NCBI RefSeq assembly: GCF_006345805.1
Contig: NC_043007.1
Coordinates: 71,920,001-71,984,000 of the forward strand
DNA: 64,000 nt
DNA from: Octopus sinensis
Taxonomy: Eukaryota
Direction: 5' to 3'
The position numbers and the translations under genes were made by a program. Below are positions 53,042 through 64,000 of this stretch, piece after piece (positions within the stretch are counted from its first letter, which is position 1; each line of letters begins with the position of its first letter). A model generated the notes under the pieces. It had not been told where the DNA came from and made no database searches. It saw only the letters and a list, made by a program, of their open reading frames with translations.

Positions 53042-53167
53042 TTTGTCTGTCTGTCTGTCTGCCTGCCTGCCTGCCTGTCTGTCTATCTATCTATCTGTCC
53101 GTCTGCCTGCCTGCCTGTCTGTCTGTCTGTTTGTCTGCTTGTCTGTCTGTCTGTCTCACTATCTATC
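52745..53167. repeat. Compound tetranucleotide microsatellite (TATC/TGTC/TGCC)
   Basis: Seen directly in the sequence. Confidence 0.95.
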
Positions 53168-53321
53168 AATGTGTGCGTGCGTGTGTATGTATACAGAGGT
53201 AAACATATATAATGACATATGTGCATGTTTATGTTCGGTTCATGTTAAAGTAAATAAATGCTGTAGAAAAAAGTCTGTCAAGCTTCAGGAAGGGAATTAT
53301 TATTATTTATTATTATTATGG

Positions 53322-53931
53322 AAGGCGACAAGCTGGCAAAATCGTCAGCACACCGGGCGAAATTCTTAGCGGTATTTCGTCTGACGCTACGTTCTGAGTT
53401 CAAATTCCGCCGAGGTCGACTTTGCCTTTCATCCTTTTAGGGTCGATCAAATAAGTACCAGTTGAATGAGTGCTGGAGTCAAAGGTAATCAACTAGCCCC
53501 CTCCCCCGAATTTCGAGAAAGGATTATTATTATTACTGGAAGGCGGCGAGCTGGCAGAATTCTTTGGCACGCTGAACAAAATGCTTAGCGGTATTTCGCC
53601 CGTCTTTACGTTGTGAGTTCAAATTCCGCCGAGGTCGAATGCCTTTCATCTTCGGGGTCGATTTAAATTAAGTACCAGTTAACGGCACGGGGTCGATGTA
53701 TGTTATCGACTTAATACCTATGTCTGTCCTGTTTGTCCCCTCTGTGTTTAGCCCCTTGTGTGGTAATAAAGAAATAGGTATTTCGCCCGTTCTTTACGTT
53801 CTGAGTTCAACTTCGTCTAGTCGTCTTTACATTTCATCCTTTCGGGGTCGATAAAAAAAGTACCAGTTAAACACTGGGTCAATGTAATCGGTTTAACTTA
53901 TTCCCAAAATTTCAGGCCTTGTGCCTATAAT
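53322..53931 (+). mobile_element. Tandem cluster of family B SINEs next to the assembly gap
   Basis: Three consecutive B units; many small indels suggest low consensus quality. Confidence 0.8.
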
Positions 53932-54031
53932 NNNNNNNNNNNNNNNNNNNNNNNNNNNNNNNNNNNNNNNNNNNNNNNNNNNNNNNNNNNNNNNNNNNNN
54001 NNNNNNNNNNNNNNNNNNNNNNNNNNNNNNN
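53932..54031. other. Assembly gap (100 N)
   Basis: Run of N; true size unknown, so distances and contiguity across it are uncertain. Confidence 1.
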
Positions 54032-54991
54032 ATAGATAGCTAGATATATACATATACACACGCACACACGCACACACACATACATACATATAGCATATGC
54101 ATGGGTATGTATGTATGTATATATATATTATATTATATATATATATATATATTGTATGTATATATATAGATATATATAATATATGTATGTATATATATAT
54201 ATATATATATACACACAACATATATATATATATATACATACATACATACCTACATACATAACTACATACAGATATATGTATATATATATATGTATATATA
54301 TGTATATGTATATATATGTATATGTATATGTATATGTATATATATATATATAATTGCAAATACTTAATACTTTATAAACATTCAATCATTAAAACGGAGA
54401 AATTATCAGAAAACCGAAAACCATTTCTATATATTTTTTTTCAAATATCGTAAACCGGTGTTATTTATATAGTGAGCCCATACGTTCCGTACTCAAGATC
54501 TTCGACAAATACTCGGGTATGTAACAGGTACAAAAGTGAAATACGAACCGCTATGGATATAATAACGAGCTATGTTCTTGAAGTGGGTGCCCGCAGCGCG
54601 ACCGCGGTCCAGTGACTGAAGTCAATAAAACAACATCATTGATTGAAAATCAATTTTACATATTTAATCTGTGTTCCAAGTTGCCGATTTTCGAACGCTT
54701 GTACACACACACACACACACTCGTATGTATGTGTATAAGCACATACACACCCACATATATATGTATCCATGTATTTACATATATATATATATATACATCA
54801 GCATGGCCGCAGCTCTGAGCTGAAACTAGAGAAGAAAATGTATAATATATATATATGTATGTATATATATATTTATATATATATATTATATATATATATA
54901 ATATATATATATAGATATATATATATATATATATAATATATATATATATGTACATACATCTGTACATTATATACACTTACCTCATGTATCT

Positions 54992-55024
<33 letters not shown>

Positions 55025-55492
55025 ATCTAATATATATATATTTATATATACACATTTACAAACATATATGTATGATATATATATATATATATATATGCAT
55101 ACACACACACATATGTATATCAACATATATGTACACATACACACACACACACATAGATATACCTGTTCATGTTAGAGCACACCCACAGTTTCATACAATC
55201 TTTTAAAGACGACGATCGGAGTGACACCAAAATATGACAAATCTAAGAGGAAACGACAATTGTAGCTTGGAACTGTAGACTCCACGAAGTTAAACAGAAA
55301 TACATGAACACCAGCCAACGTCATGGAATTCCGAACTTTATAGAATTAGAGAAGACAATGTAGGAACAGTGAGAATGATGAGAATAAAGAAACATTGGAA
55401 GATAATACAGTTCTGTATTTAAGAGACGAGGAATTCTGTACATTATTTACATTATTTACAATCAACGAATATTTGTCCTCATCTTGTTTGTT

Positions 55493-55826
55493 GGGCAAGT
55501 GTCTTCTACTATAGCCTCGAGCCGACCAAAGCCTTGTGAGTGGATTTGGTAGACGGAAACTGAAAGAAGCCCGTCGTATATATGTATATATATGTGTGTG
55601 TGTGTGTTTGTGTGCGTCTGTGTTTGTCCCCCTAGCATTGCTTGACAACCGATGCTGGTGTGTTTATGTCCCCGTTACTTAGCGGTTCGGCAAAAGAGAC
55701 CGATAGAATAAGTACTGTTCTTACAAAGAATAAGTCCCAGGGTCGATTTGCTTGACTAAAAGCGGTGCTCCAGCATGGCCACAATCACATGACTGAAACA
55801 AGTAAAAGCGTAACAGAGTAAAAGAG
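55493..55826 (+). mobile_element. SINE family A, 5'-truncated
   Basis: Starts at GGGCAAGTGTC, fused to the inverted tail of the hammerhead-SINE family. Confidence 0.8.
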
Positions 55827-56131
55827 TAATGTATTGAAAGAGACAATGGTTACATGAGCACGACCACAACCATATCAACGTTGTAGGAAAGCATAAAATA
55901 TATTGGTTTCAAATTTTGGTACAAGGTCAACAAGTCTGGGGGAGGGGTAAGTCGATTACATCAACCCCGTACTCAATTGGTACTTATGTTATCGACCCCA
56001 AAAGGACGAAAATCCTTTCAAGCAGACTTTGGATTCAGAACCTAAAGACAGACGAAATGCCGCTGAGCATTTCGCTTAGCGTGCTTACGATTCTGCTTTG
56101 AGGTGTTTTTTTCGAAATAGTCTTCGACACA

Positions 56132-56477
56132 ATGGACCAGACAAGAATTGTAACGCACAACGATTCTGTTGCATGGTATGTTTGTGTCCAAGACTTAGGA
56201 TGGTCTATGGGAAATGTCAGCACAAATTTTGTGTGGATTGTCTTTATAATAATAAAAATAATAGTCTTCGAATTATGTCCTGTCCACTATGTAACCAAAC
56301 TGGCCAGTTTCCAGAAAAAAACCCCCATTATCCTTGATGATAATATTGAAATCCCAAAAGTGTCTTGGAATTGTGGAATGTTCAAATGAAGGCTGTAACT
56401 ATGAAACGTGGAGATGGAATCAAGAACAACACTTCAATGAGTATCCCAACCGAAAATTCGCTGCCACAAAAAAATAA
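56132..56477 (+). pseudogene. Intronless RING (C3HC4) + TRAF-type zinc finger ORF, frameshifted
   Basis: CMVC-x11-CQH-KF-CVDC-x14-CPLC RING, followed in another frame by LGIVECSNEGCNYETWRWNQEQHFNEYP (TRAF-finger-like). Three single-base indels, each in a short C (or adjacent A) run. Confidence 0.65.
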
Positions 56478-57832
56478 ATACCAACATACAAAAACTCTAT
56501 AATTCCACGACCATACTTTTTTCGAAAATCAAAAAATAAATATTGTTCTTACTTTCTGAGACTTTCCTCAAAGCACACACACACACACACACTAACTCAC
56601 CGCTTTAGGAAAACATAAAATATATTAATTGTTAGTATTTCGCTTCGCAACTATTATATGCTACCAAGTATATTAAAGGTTTATAAGTCAATAATGTGTC
56701 CAATATATTTGTGTTAGCAATACGATTCAATCACTTTTTAGTAATCTAAACAGATCTTCTATAGAATTTGGTGCCAGCAATGAAAGTAAACGAAACGTCG
56801 CAACTTTTAGTGTTAGTTACAAGTTCTATAGAATATCTTTAAAGATAACTTAAAAGTCATAATATATATTGTTTTAGAAACGTAATTAATTTGTGTGTAG
56901 AACGAAAGATGAAAAACTTGGGATAACTTTCTATAAAACTTTATAAAATCTTTAAAATATCTTATTCAATGTTGCAGAAAGAGAACAGAATGGTAGAAAG
57001 GGAACATTGTATATGAATAAAGGCAATTTTAATGTTAAAGAAATCACGTTGATGGCATGCACGGGACATTATGGAAGCGTAAGAACAGTATGACATATAT
57101 CAGTTCATTGTGTGTTGTATATGTAAAGTTTTTATTTAGTCCCATAAATGATTGAACGGTCCTACGATCAAAAGTACTTCAGCTATGACCATCCCCGCCT
57201 ATCTTTCTTTTCACACGTTGTGTCATGGACCATCTTATCCTATGTATCTTTTAATACAATGTAATTTGAAGGGAGATATGATTGCCAATTCTAACAAACC
57301 GGTCATGCACGCATTTAATGATGTTGCTATTTTCCAGGGCCATACAGAAACGCAACCTCGTTATTGGAAGAATTCGAAAAACTATTATGCTAACATTTGT
57401 AGACAAAGGACAGACAAGAGAAACTTTAAAAATAGGGAGGGTATGATATATGTGTGGGAATACAGTGGAAGATAAGAAGGTAATCTACAGATTATCAATA
57501 ATCTACAGATTAGTGAAGGTCTATTGAGGTTTTGAAATTGAAGGAGTGTATTTAATTATACGTTAATTAGCGAAAATATCTTCAAACACAGTATAGAGAT
57601 ATTATATTCTCTATCTTTTATTTGTTTCAGTCAATGGACTGTGGCCATGCTGGGGTACCACTTTGATGAGTTTAGTCGAACATATCGACCCCTGGTACTT
57701 AGTTTTTAAAGTCTTGTATCTATTCTATATCTCCTTTTTAGCCGAACCGTTGGATTATGAGGACATAAACAAACCATACCCGTTGTCGAGTGATTGTGGC
57801 AGAGACGAAGACATATTACATACATAAATGTA

Positions 57833-57876
<44 letters not shown>

Positions 57877-57917
57877 ATAATATATATATTATATATATAA
57901 TATATATATATATATAT

Positions 57918-58250
57918 ATGAAGAAGAAAAGAAAATGGAGATTAGGAAGTCAATAGTTTATTATTAACAACAAATTAGTGATCTTCGCTTCATATAGCCA
58001 TTTCAATTAAATTAAATTTGTAATTAAATTATTGAGTATTAACTGAAATGACTGTAAGAAGCAAAGATACCAATTTGCTGTTAATAATAAACAATATGAA
58101 CTTCCTAATCTCCCTTTTCTTTTCTTCATTTTATAAACTATATGCTATTGTTTTAAGAGAATTTCATTCTCCAAAATACTTTTATTGAACTAGTATTTCC
58201 TTGGATGCAACCATCCCTTCACAAGGTTAACATACCTTCTAATTATAAAT
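57918..58250. mobile_element. Inverted-repeat element (Penelope-like), degenerate
   Basis: ~90-bp imperfect inverted arms (~57918-58005 and ~58042-58129) between (TA)n tracts. Confidence 0.45.
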
Positions 58251-59768
58251 ATATATATATATATATATATGCATGTATGTATCGTGAAAATATTGTTTTG
58301 GTGACATGGAGCAAGTCATCTCAGATGTCACGAGAACCAATGAAATCACGTAAGATTTATGTTGATAGAAATGGCTGCAGTTGTGGAATCGACGTGGATT
58401 CGCAAACTCAGTTTGTCTGGGACTTAGCAGCATAATAATAAAAAATGTTGTCATAGCAAATGAAACAATTCCTGGAGGCCCTACATCAGAGGTTCTCAAC
58501 CGGGGTTCCCCACCACAGCTTGACAACCGGTGCTGGTGTGTTTACGTTCTCAGTAACTGAACGGTTAAGAAAAGTACCAAGCTTTAAAAAAGACTTTCAA
58601 AAGAATAAGTGCTGGGGTCGATTCATTCGGCTAAAAAAAATTCTCCAAGGCGGTGCCCCAGCATGGCCGCAGTCTATTGTCTGAAACAAGTAAAAGATAA
58701 AATGTGAAAGATACAACTGACCTCCGGGGCAACGTCTTTTCCATTTTGTCTGCTGGGGCCACCAGGTAGGTAACTAATGACAACATTTAACCGCAGATTT
58801 CATGAAAGAGCTTCGTAGAGTATATGGCAACATGTACTCTAACTTAATGTAATCGTCATTTATTTATATAAAGAATCTTGTTGATCACATGAAATATACA
58901 AATACATACATACGTACATACATACAATCATACATACGCACACACATGCATATATATATATATGCATCCACATAATCAATATACATGCATATATTTACAT
59001 ACACATAAAAGGACATGCGTAAATGCATGTCCAAACATCACTCCTTTGGGATTTAAGATAATTGCAAATGCAGCATTTTGCTTGTTGATATTTCTCAGCA
59101 GAGACGGAATATTGTTGTCAACCATTTTAATGTTTCTTTTGTTGCACCACGCCTTCTTTACTGACACTCGACAGCGGAAGGCACGCTCGACACTGTCACA
59201 AAAACGGAAATACAGCTGGCATAGAAGGGATTACAAGAAAATACTCCGATCGTCTGCTGTATGCAGTTAGTGTTTGTTTCATAGAAGGCATAGTTGTCGT
59301 CTCAGGAATTGTTTTGTTCCAGATTACTAAATGATTGAACAACTAAATCAGTTTATTAACTCGTGCTGAGAACTATGACAAAATGCACGACCAAAAAAAT
59401 GAAGCATGTACAAAACGGATCCATCTGCCGGAAATAGCAGGTAAATCTCCTTCAAATCCCAACATACTGTCTTGAAAGAGTATATCGAACAAAGTAGTCC
59501 TTGATACATTTAGTGAAAGAAACAAACAAACAAAACACTAGGAAACAACAAAAAACAAGCTTTGTATGGATATGAACAGAACTCTTTTGATTTGTGCGAT
59601 CAAGGTGATCTGTAGGGTTAAAGAAAAGCATGACGAAATGGCGAATGAAAACTACTGAGTTGAGCAGTGTGTTGTAGCATGGTCTATGTATATATTGAAT
59701 GAATTAAAAGTTTTAGAATGTAGACAGACAGTGTTCAACATTTATTTCAAAACAAGAACGGTACTTAC

Positions 59769-60420
59769 TCATTATCAGAATGGCAACGGATCCAGACAGT
59801 ATTTATTAGCATCAATTTGTAACATTTTAAAACTTGGGAGGAATTCCTTGTAGTATTTTGTTATCCACTGTATTTTCCTGATATTTCCCGAACTAAAACT
59901 TTCCGATCAAAAATGAACGAGTGATTGTCTCATCGATTCCCGGTTAATTCCAAAGCATTATTCGAATTGGTTTGGGGCGAAGAAAAATTACTTAAATTTA
60001 AACTATATTTTTTTTTCTATTTGCGTCGAAAATAAACCGAAGTGAAACCTGAGAGTAACACCTGTAAACTTGAAAGGTATGTTAAAGGCGGGGAGAAAGG
60101 TAGAGAGGGGGGTAAGCGAGCGAGCGAGAGAGAGAGAGAGAGTGGGGGCGGAGAGACAGAGAGAAAGATGTAAGAAGGAGGGGGTATAAAATGAAAAGAA
60201 GGCAGAGGAGAAAGAAGATCAGCAGCAGCAGTGGTAGCAGCAGCGGCAGCCGGAGCTGTTTCAGGGTTTATTAAGATAGTGTTTTGAAAGTGAACCGAGT
60301 TATCTAATGTGGCAAATAATTGATTCCTTCCTTGTGGTTGTTGTTGTTGTTGTGTAGCTCCCCACCGCTGCCCCGCAATCAACTTTGACCAAGCATAACT
60401 ATAATCAAAGGCATTCCATT
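59769..60420 (-). promoter_or_regulatory. Candidate non-coding first exon / promoter of BMP2/4
   Basis: Consensus donor GA|GTAAGT (exon end 59769) at the edge of a repeat-poor block that is CT-rich on the minus strand. TCF-like ATCAAAG (60404-60410) and CTTTGA (60383-60388), TEAD-like GCATTCCA (60411-60418). The link to BMP2/4 is inference only. Confidence 0.3.
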
Positions 60421-61086
60421 TGTGCCCATCCTGTCTTTTGTTTCAAGCACAGAGTGTCTCTAATAATATATTATTTAATGTGTCCTTACTTTTTTTTTTT
60501 TTAAAGATGGAGATTTGGCTGCTATTTTTAGTACGCTGAGCGACAACGTAGAGGCTCCCTCATTGGTTCGTTTCTTCCGGTTATCAAAAAGTACGTCACA
60601 TATAGACACACACAACACACACACGTGCACATAGGCAAGCGCAGGCGCGCACACTCCCACCCTCCTCCCACACATGTTCACTCACACAAACTGAAGACAA
60701 TATGGTAAAGTTCTCTGAAGCTGGCCAACATCAAACACCAACAACCGCGAAGATCATCTGTGGGGTGAAAGCAACTCAGTTGGAAATATTTCAATAATAG
60801 TGACTTCCTGATTCCTGTTATTTCATTGGCCACTACTAATGACTAATTCGTAGAGGGGAACACCCACGTGGTCGCTCAATCATCTGGTAATAGAAGACAA
60901 TTCTCTCTCAAATCACATCCTTTACGAGTTAGTCTTGCATGTATTGCTCACAAAGTTGTGCGTAACCAACTCGTAGTTTTCTATCATAATTTCAGCTTGT
61001 TCGATATCTGTCTTCAGTAGATTTGGTTTTATATATGTATATATGTATATATATATATATTATATATATATATACACATATATATA

Positions 61087-61656
61087 TTCGGTTGTCCGGA
61101 AAGTTCGTGCCGATCTATAGTAGCTTACATTTCGACTTATTTTAGAACATGGTTGAGTACATATAATAGGATGTGACTACACCTCCATTTAGAGCACAGT
61201 TTAAACCAATCTTTTCGTGGAAGAAGGTTTATGTTCCAATAACCTGTGTTATAACCTGTAACCCTTTAAAATAGAAGATAGGAAAGTTCATTTTTGGCAC
61301 TTGATGCTTTGGGAACCAGACAAAAATTGCTGCAGCTCGGCTGCGATGTGTTACCCCACCCTCCATATTCACCAGATATTGCTCCTTAGGATTTCCACTT
61401 ATTCAGGTCTCTGCAGAATCGTCTTAATGGTAAACATTTCAATTCCTTGGATGACGTAAAAAGATACCTTGATGAATTCTTTGCCATTAAATCACCTCAA
61501 TTCTGGGAAGAGGGTATTTTCAAGTTAAAGGAAAGATGGAGACGCATTGTGCAACAAACTGGTTCATATCTGGTTGATTAAAAATGTAATGGCAAGTATT
61601 TATTGACCTTTTTCTTTCCTTTAAAAATCGGCACGATGTTTCCGGACAACCCCCAA
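61087..61656 (+). mobile_element. Internally deleted mariner element
   Basis: TIRs GGTTGTCCGGAAAGTTCGTGCCGAT / ATCGGCACGATGTTTCCGGACAACC; C-terminal HPPYSPDIAP*DFHLFRSLQN...GIFKLKERWRRIV; inserted in (TA)n. Confidence 0.9.
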
Positions 61657-61675
61657 TATATATAATATATATATA

Positions 61676-61754
<79 letters not shown>

Positions 61755-61875
61755 ATATATGTATGTATGTATGTATATTATATATATATTATATATATAT
61801 ATATTATAATATTATGTGTGTGTATATATGCATATATGTATATATACTGTATATATGTAATATATGTATATATAT

Positions 61876-61913
<38 letters not shown>

Positions 61914-61926
61914 TGTATATAGATAT

Positions 61927-61969
<43 letters not shown>

Positions 61970-63198
61970 TATTTCTTGTTTCAGTCATTAGACTGCTACA
62001 TGCTGGGGCACCACTTTGAAGAAGGTTTTAGTCAAATGAATCAACCCCAGTGCTTCCTTTTCAAAGCCTAGTACTTATTCTATCGGTCTGATTTGCCGAA
62101 CCGCTAGGCTACACACCAACACCAGTTGTCAAGCGGTTGTGGGGAACACAACGCAGACATGAAGACACGTACACACAAGCATATATACGACAGGTTTCTT
62201 TCAGTTTTCGCCTACCATATCCACTGCCACACTTGCGCCTCCACACACACACCCGTGTGTGTTTCTATGTGTCTGTGTGTGTCTGTGTGTAATGCTAAGT
62301 CACACGCTAATTCGATGTGCAGACATTTCAGTTGAACAAACATCCACATAATCATCGTGGAAGCTGACAGAGATCCGTTTACTTTTATTTGCCATCACTA
62401 CGATATATCAAAGTCATAAAAATCAATAGAAACGTTACAGAAAAAGTTGTGTCTAGCAGGGTATGGACGATCAATAATGACATAATTGGTTAGCGTATTG
62501 CTGTATGTAGTGTTGTACAAACTTAAAGATATGTTTGGCGTCAGATTCGATACGGCGTGTTTACACACACACACACACACTACTCGGTACCTATACATAT
62601 TGAAGTGAAAAAATGGAGGTTCCAGACAAACTCAAAGAAATCTAACGAATCACAAAATGTTGTGATATCGCTCTTCCAATGGCTACCGTCATGGAATCCA
62701 CTTCCAAGTTTTCTGACCAAATTAATACAGAGTTGCCTTGAGATGCTGCTGTTGGCATTTGTAGACCAGCCAGATTTCAACCTTCTTGCAACCACAATCC
62801 GTTTTGACAGAACAATAAACTTTTGCAGCTGCAATTTTTTTTTAAGACTTAAATGAATAAATATTTTCGAAAATTGAATAAAATTAACAATTGTTTCGTT
62901 TTTGTATCTGGTTTGCAATATTCTTGATGCGAATTCATGTGTTGAAACAGGTTTTGTTGTATCTTGGGAAGATCATTATGTCAATAATAAACACACACAC
63001 TGGTTCTATCTCGCTTTATTTTTATTTGTTAATTGGTTAAAATTTAATCACTTAACTAATCGATTGTTTGATTAATTGTATGGTTAGTCCAGGTCTGTTT
63101 CAGGTCTATGGGTATCCGTTTTCAGGAAAATATTCCTTCGTAACTTCACTGTTCGTAGTAAATGTTGTGATGCAGCTCGAATTATAATTCTGGCCAAC

Positions 63199-63425
63199 GA
63201 AGGCGTGTGGCCTAGTGGTTGGGGTATTACATTCACGATCGTTAAATTGTGGGTTAGATTCTCGGAAGGAATGATGCGTTGCTTCAAGCCACTCACATCT
63301 AAATGAATAGCCCTGCGACGGACCGGAGCCCCGTTTAGTGGGGAATGCTGTGATCTGGCCAATTATACGCCATGAAATCCGAGTAACTGACCTGTTAAAT
63401 CTTAAGGCTCAAGATAGAACTATTA
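63199..63425 (+). mobile_element. Old degenerate tRNA-derived SINE
   Basis: A-box-like TGGCCTAGTGG, decayed B box, central CCCTGCGACGGAC..CCCGT..GGGG motif resembling the conserved domains of ancient SINEs. Confidence 0.4.
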
Positions 63426-63519
63426 CATATTTTGGTTTTGCCTCATACAATAGGAATCATTGAACGAGAGCTGCCTTATTTTTTTTCAGAAGAAATTGAG
63501 AAATCGTAAACGCCTACAA

Positions 63520-63821
63520 CGGTAGTTCACAACCATTTTTAAAATCTATGGATCCCTTTGATTACTATTCTATTCTAGTGCCCACCCCTAGCCATTTGAT
63601 GTTTAAAGCCTAATTTTATAGTTACTTCTTTCAAAATATTTTGTTTTTCATACATTAACTTGTTTAGGTTGATTAGAGTAAGAAATATCACTTATTTTCG
63701 CAAAATTTTTTTCATGCACACTTAATATACTTCTGTGAATCCTCACTTACTATTCTGCGGGGACAATCAAAATCTTATATGGATCTCTCTGGGTCTCATG
63801 GACCCCAGTTGAGAACAACTG
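63520..63821. mobile_element. hAT-type MITE
   Basis: TIR CGGTAGTTCACAAC / GTTGAGAACAACTG; 8-bp TSD GCCTACAA/ACCTACAG (6/8); shares AAAATCTTATATGG with the 30444 element. Confidence 0.6.
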
Positions 63822-64000
63822 ACCTACAGGAAAATTTCAATATTTGGTTGTTTCTCATAAATTGACTGAGATGAAACCATATTCATTTCTTCTAGAAATT
63901 TTGCAATATGAAAAAAAAAAGTTGCTCTAGGACGCATTCCAAACCATGGGTCCAAACTGCGATCTAAACTAACTACCGACTTAAGAATAGATAGTTTCGA

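Noticed and set aside
60017-60382. 121-aa low-complexity ORF (poly-Q, poly-A, LS repeats)
   Set aside because: It has a non-ATG start and simple-repeat composition; better explained as UTR or promoter sequence.
62580-62918. Minus-strand 112-aa ORF and a Cys-rich remnant (NCSCKS..DCGCKK) in overlapping frames
   Set aside because: Possibly a decayed transposon CXC-like tail, but too degenerate to call.

Overview
AT-rich, microsatellite-dense animal genomic DNA. The interspersed tRNA-derived SINE families look like those of octopus (coleoid cephalopod); this is my recognition, not a database result. One clear protein-coding gene is present: a BMP2/4 (dpp-type) TGF-beta ligand on the minus strand, with two coding exons (22876-22375, 19493-18496) giving 499 aa. 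An acceptor 11 nt before the ATG implies an upstream non-coding exon, possibly near 59.8-60.4 kb. The rest is repeats: several SINE families, R4/Dong-like, RTE and Tx1-like LINE fragments, mariner, pogo, hAT and Helitron remnants, Penelope-like inverted repeats, and a 100-N gap. The most unusual items are: (i) a tRNA-headed SINE ending in a minimal Penelope-type hammerhead ribozyme motif (30.6-30.9 kb), plus further hammerhead-like motifs; (ii) an intron-containing tRNA-Lys-like Pol III unit with an expanded anticodon loop; (iii) an intronless RING + TRAF-type zinc finger ORF broken only at short homopolymer runs; (iv) an RTE LINE C-terminus with three C2H2 fingers; (v) two head-to-head inverted SINE pairs inside the BMP2/4 intron. 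Most ORFs in the supplied track are microsatellite or SINE artefacts. No searches or folding computations were run.
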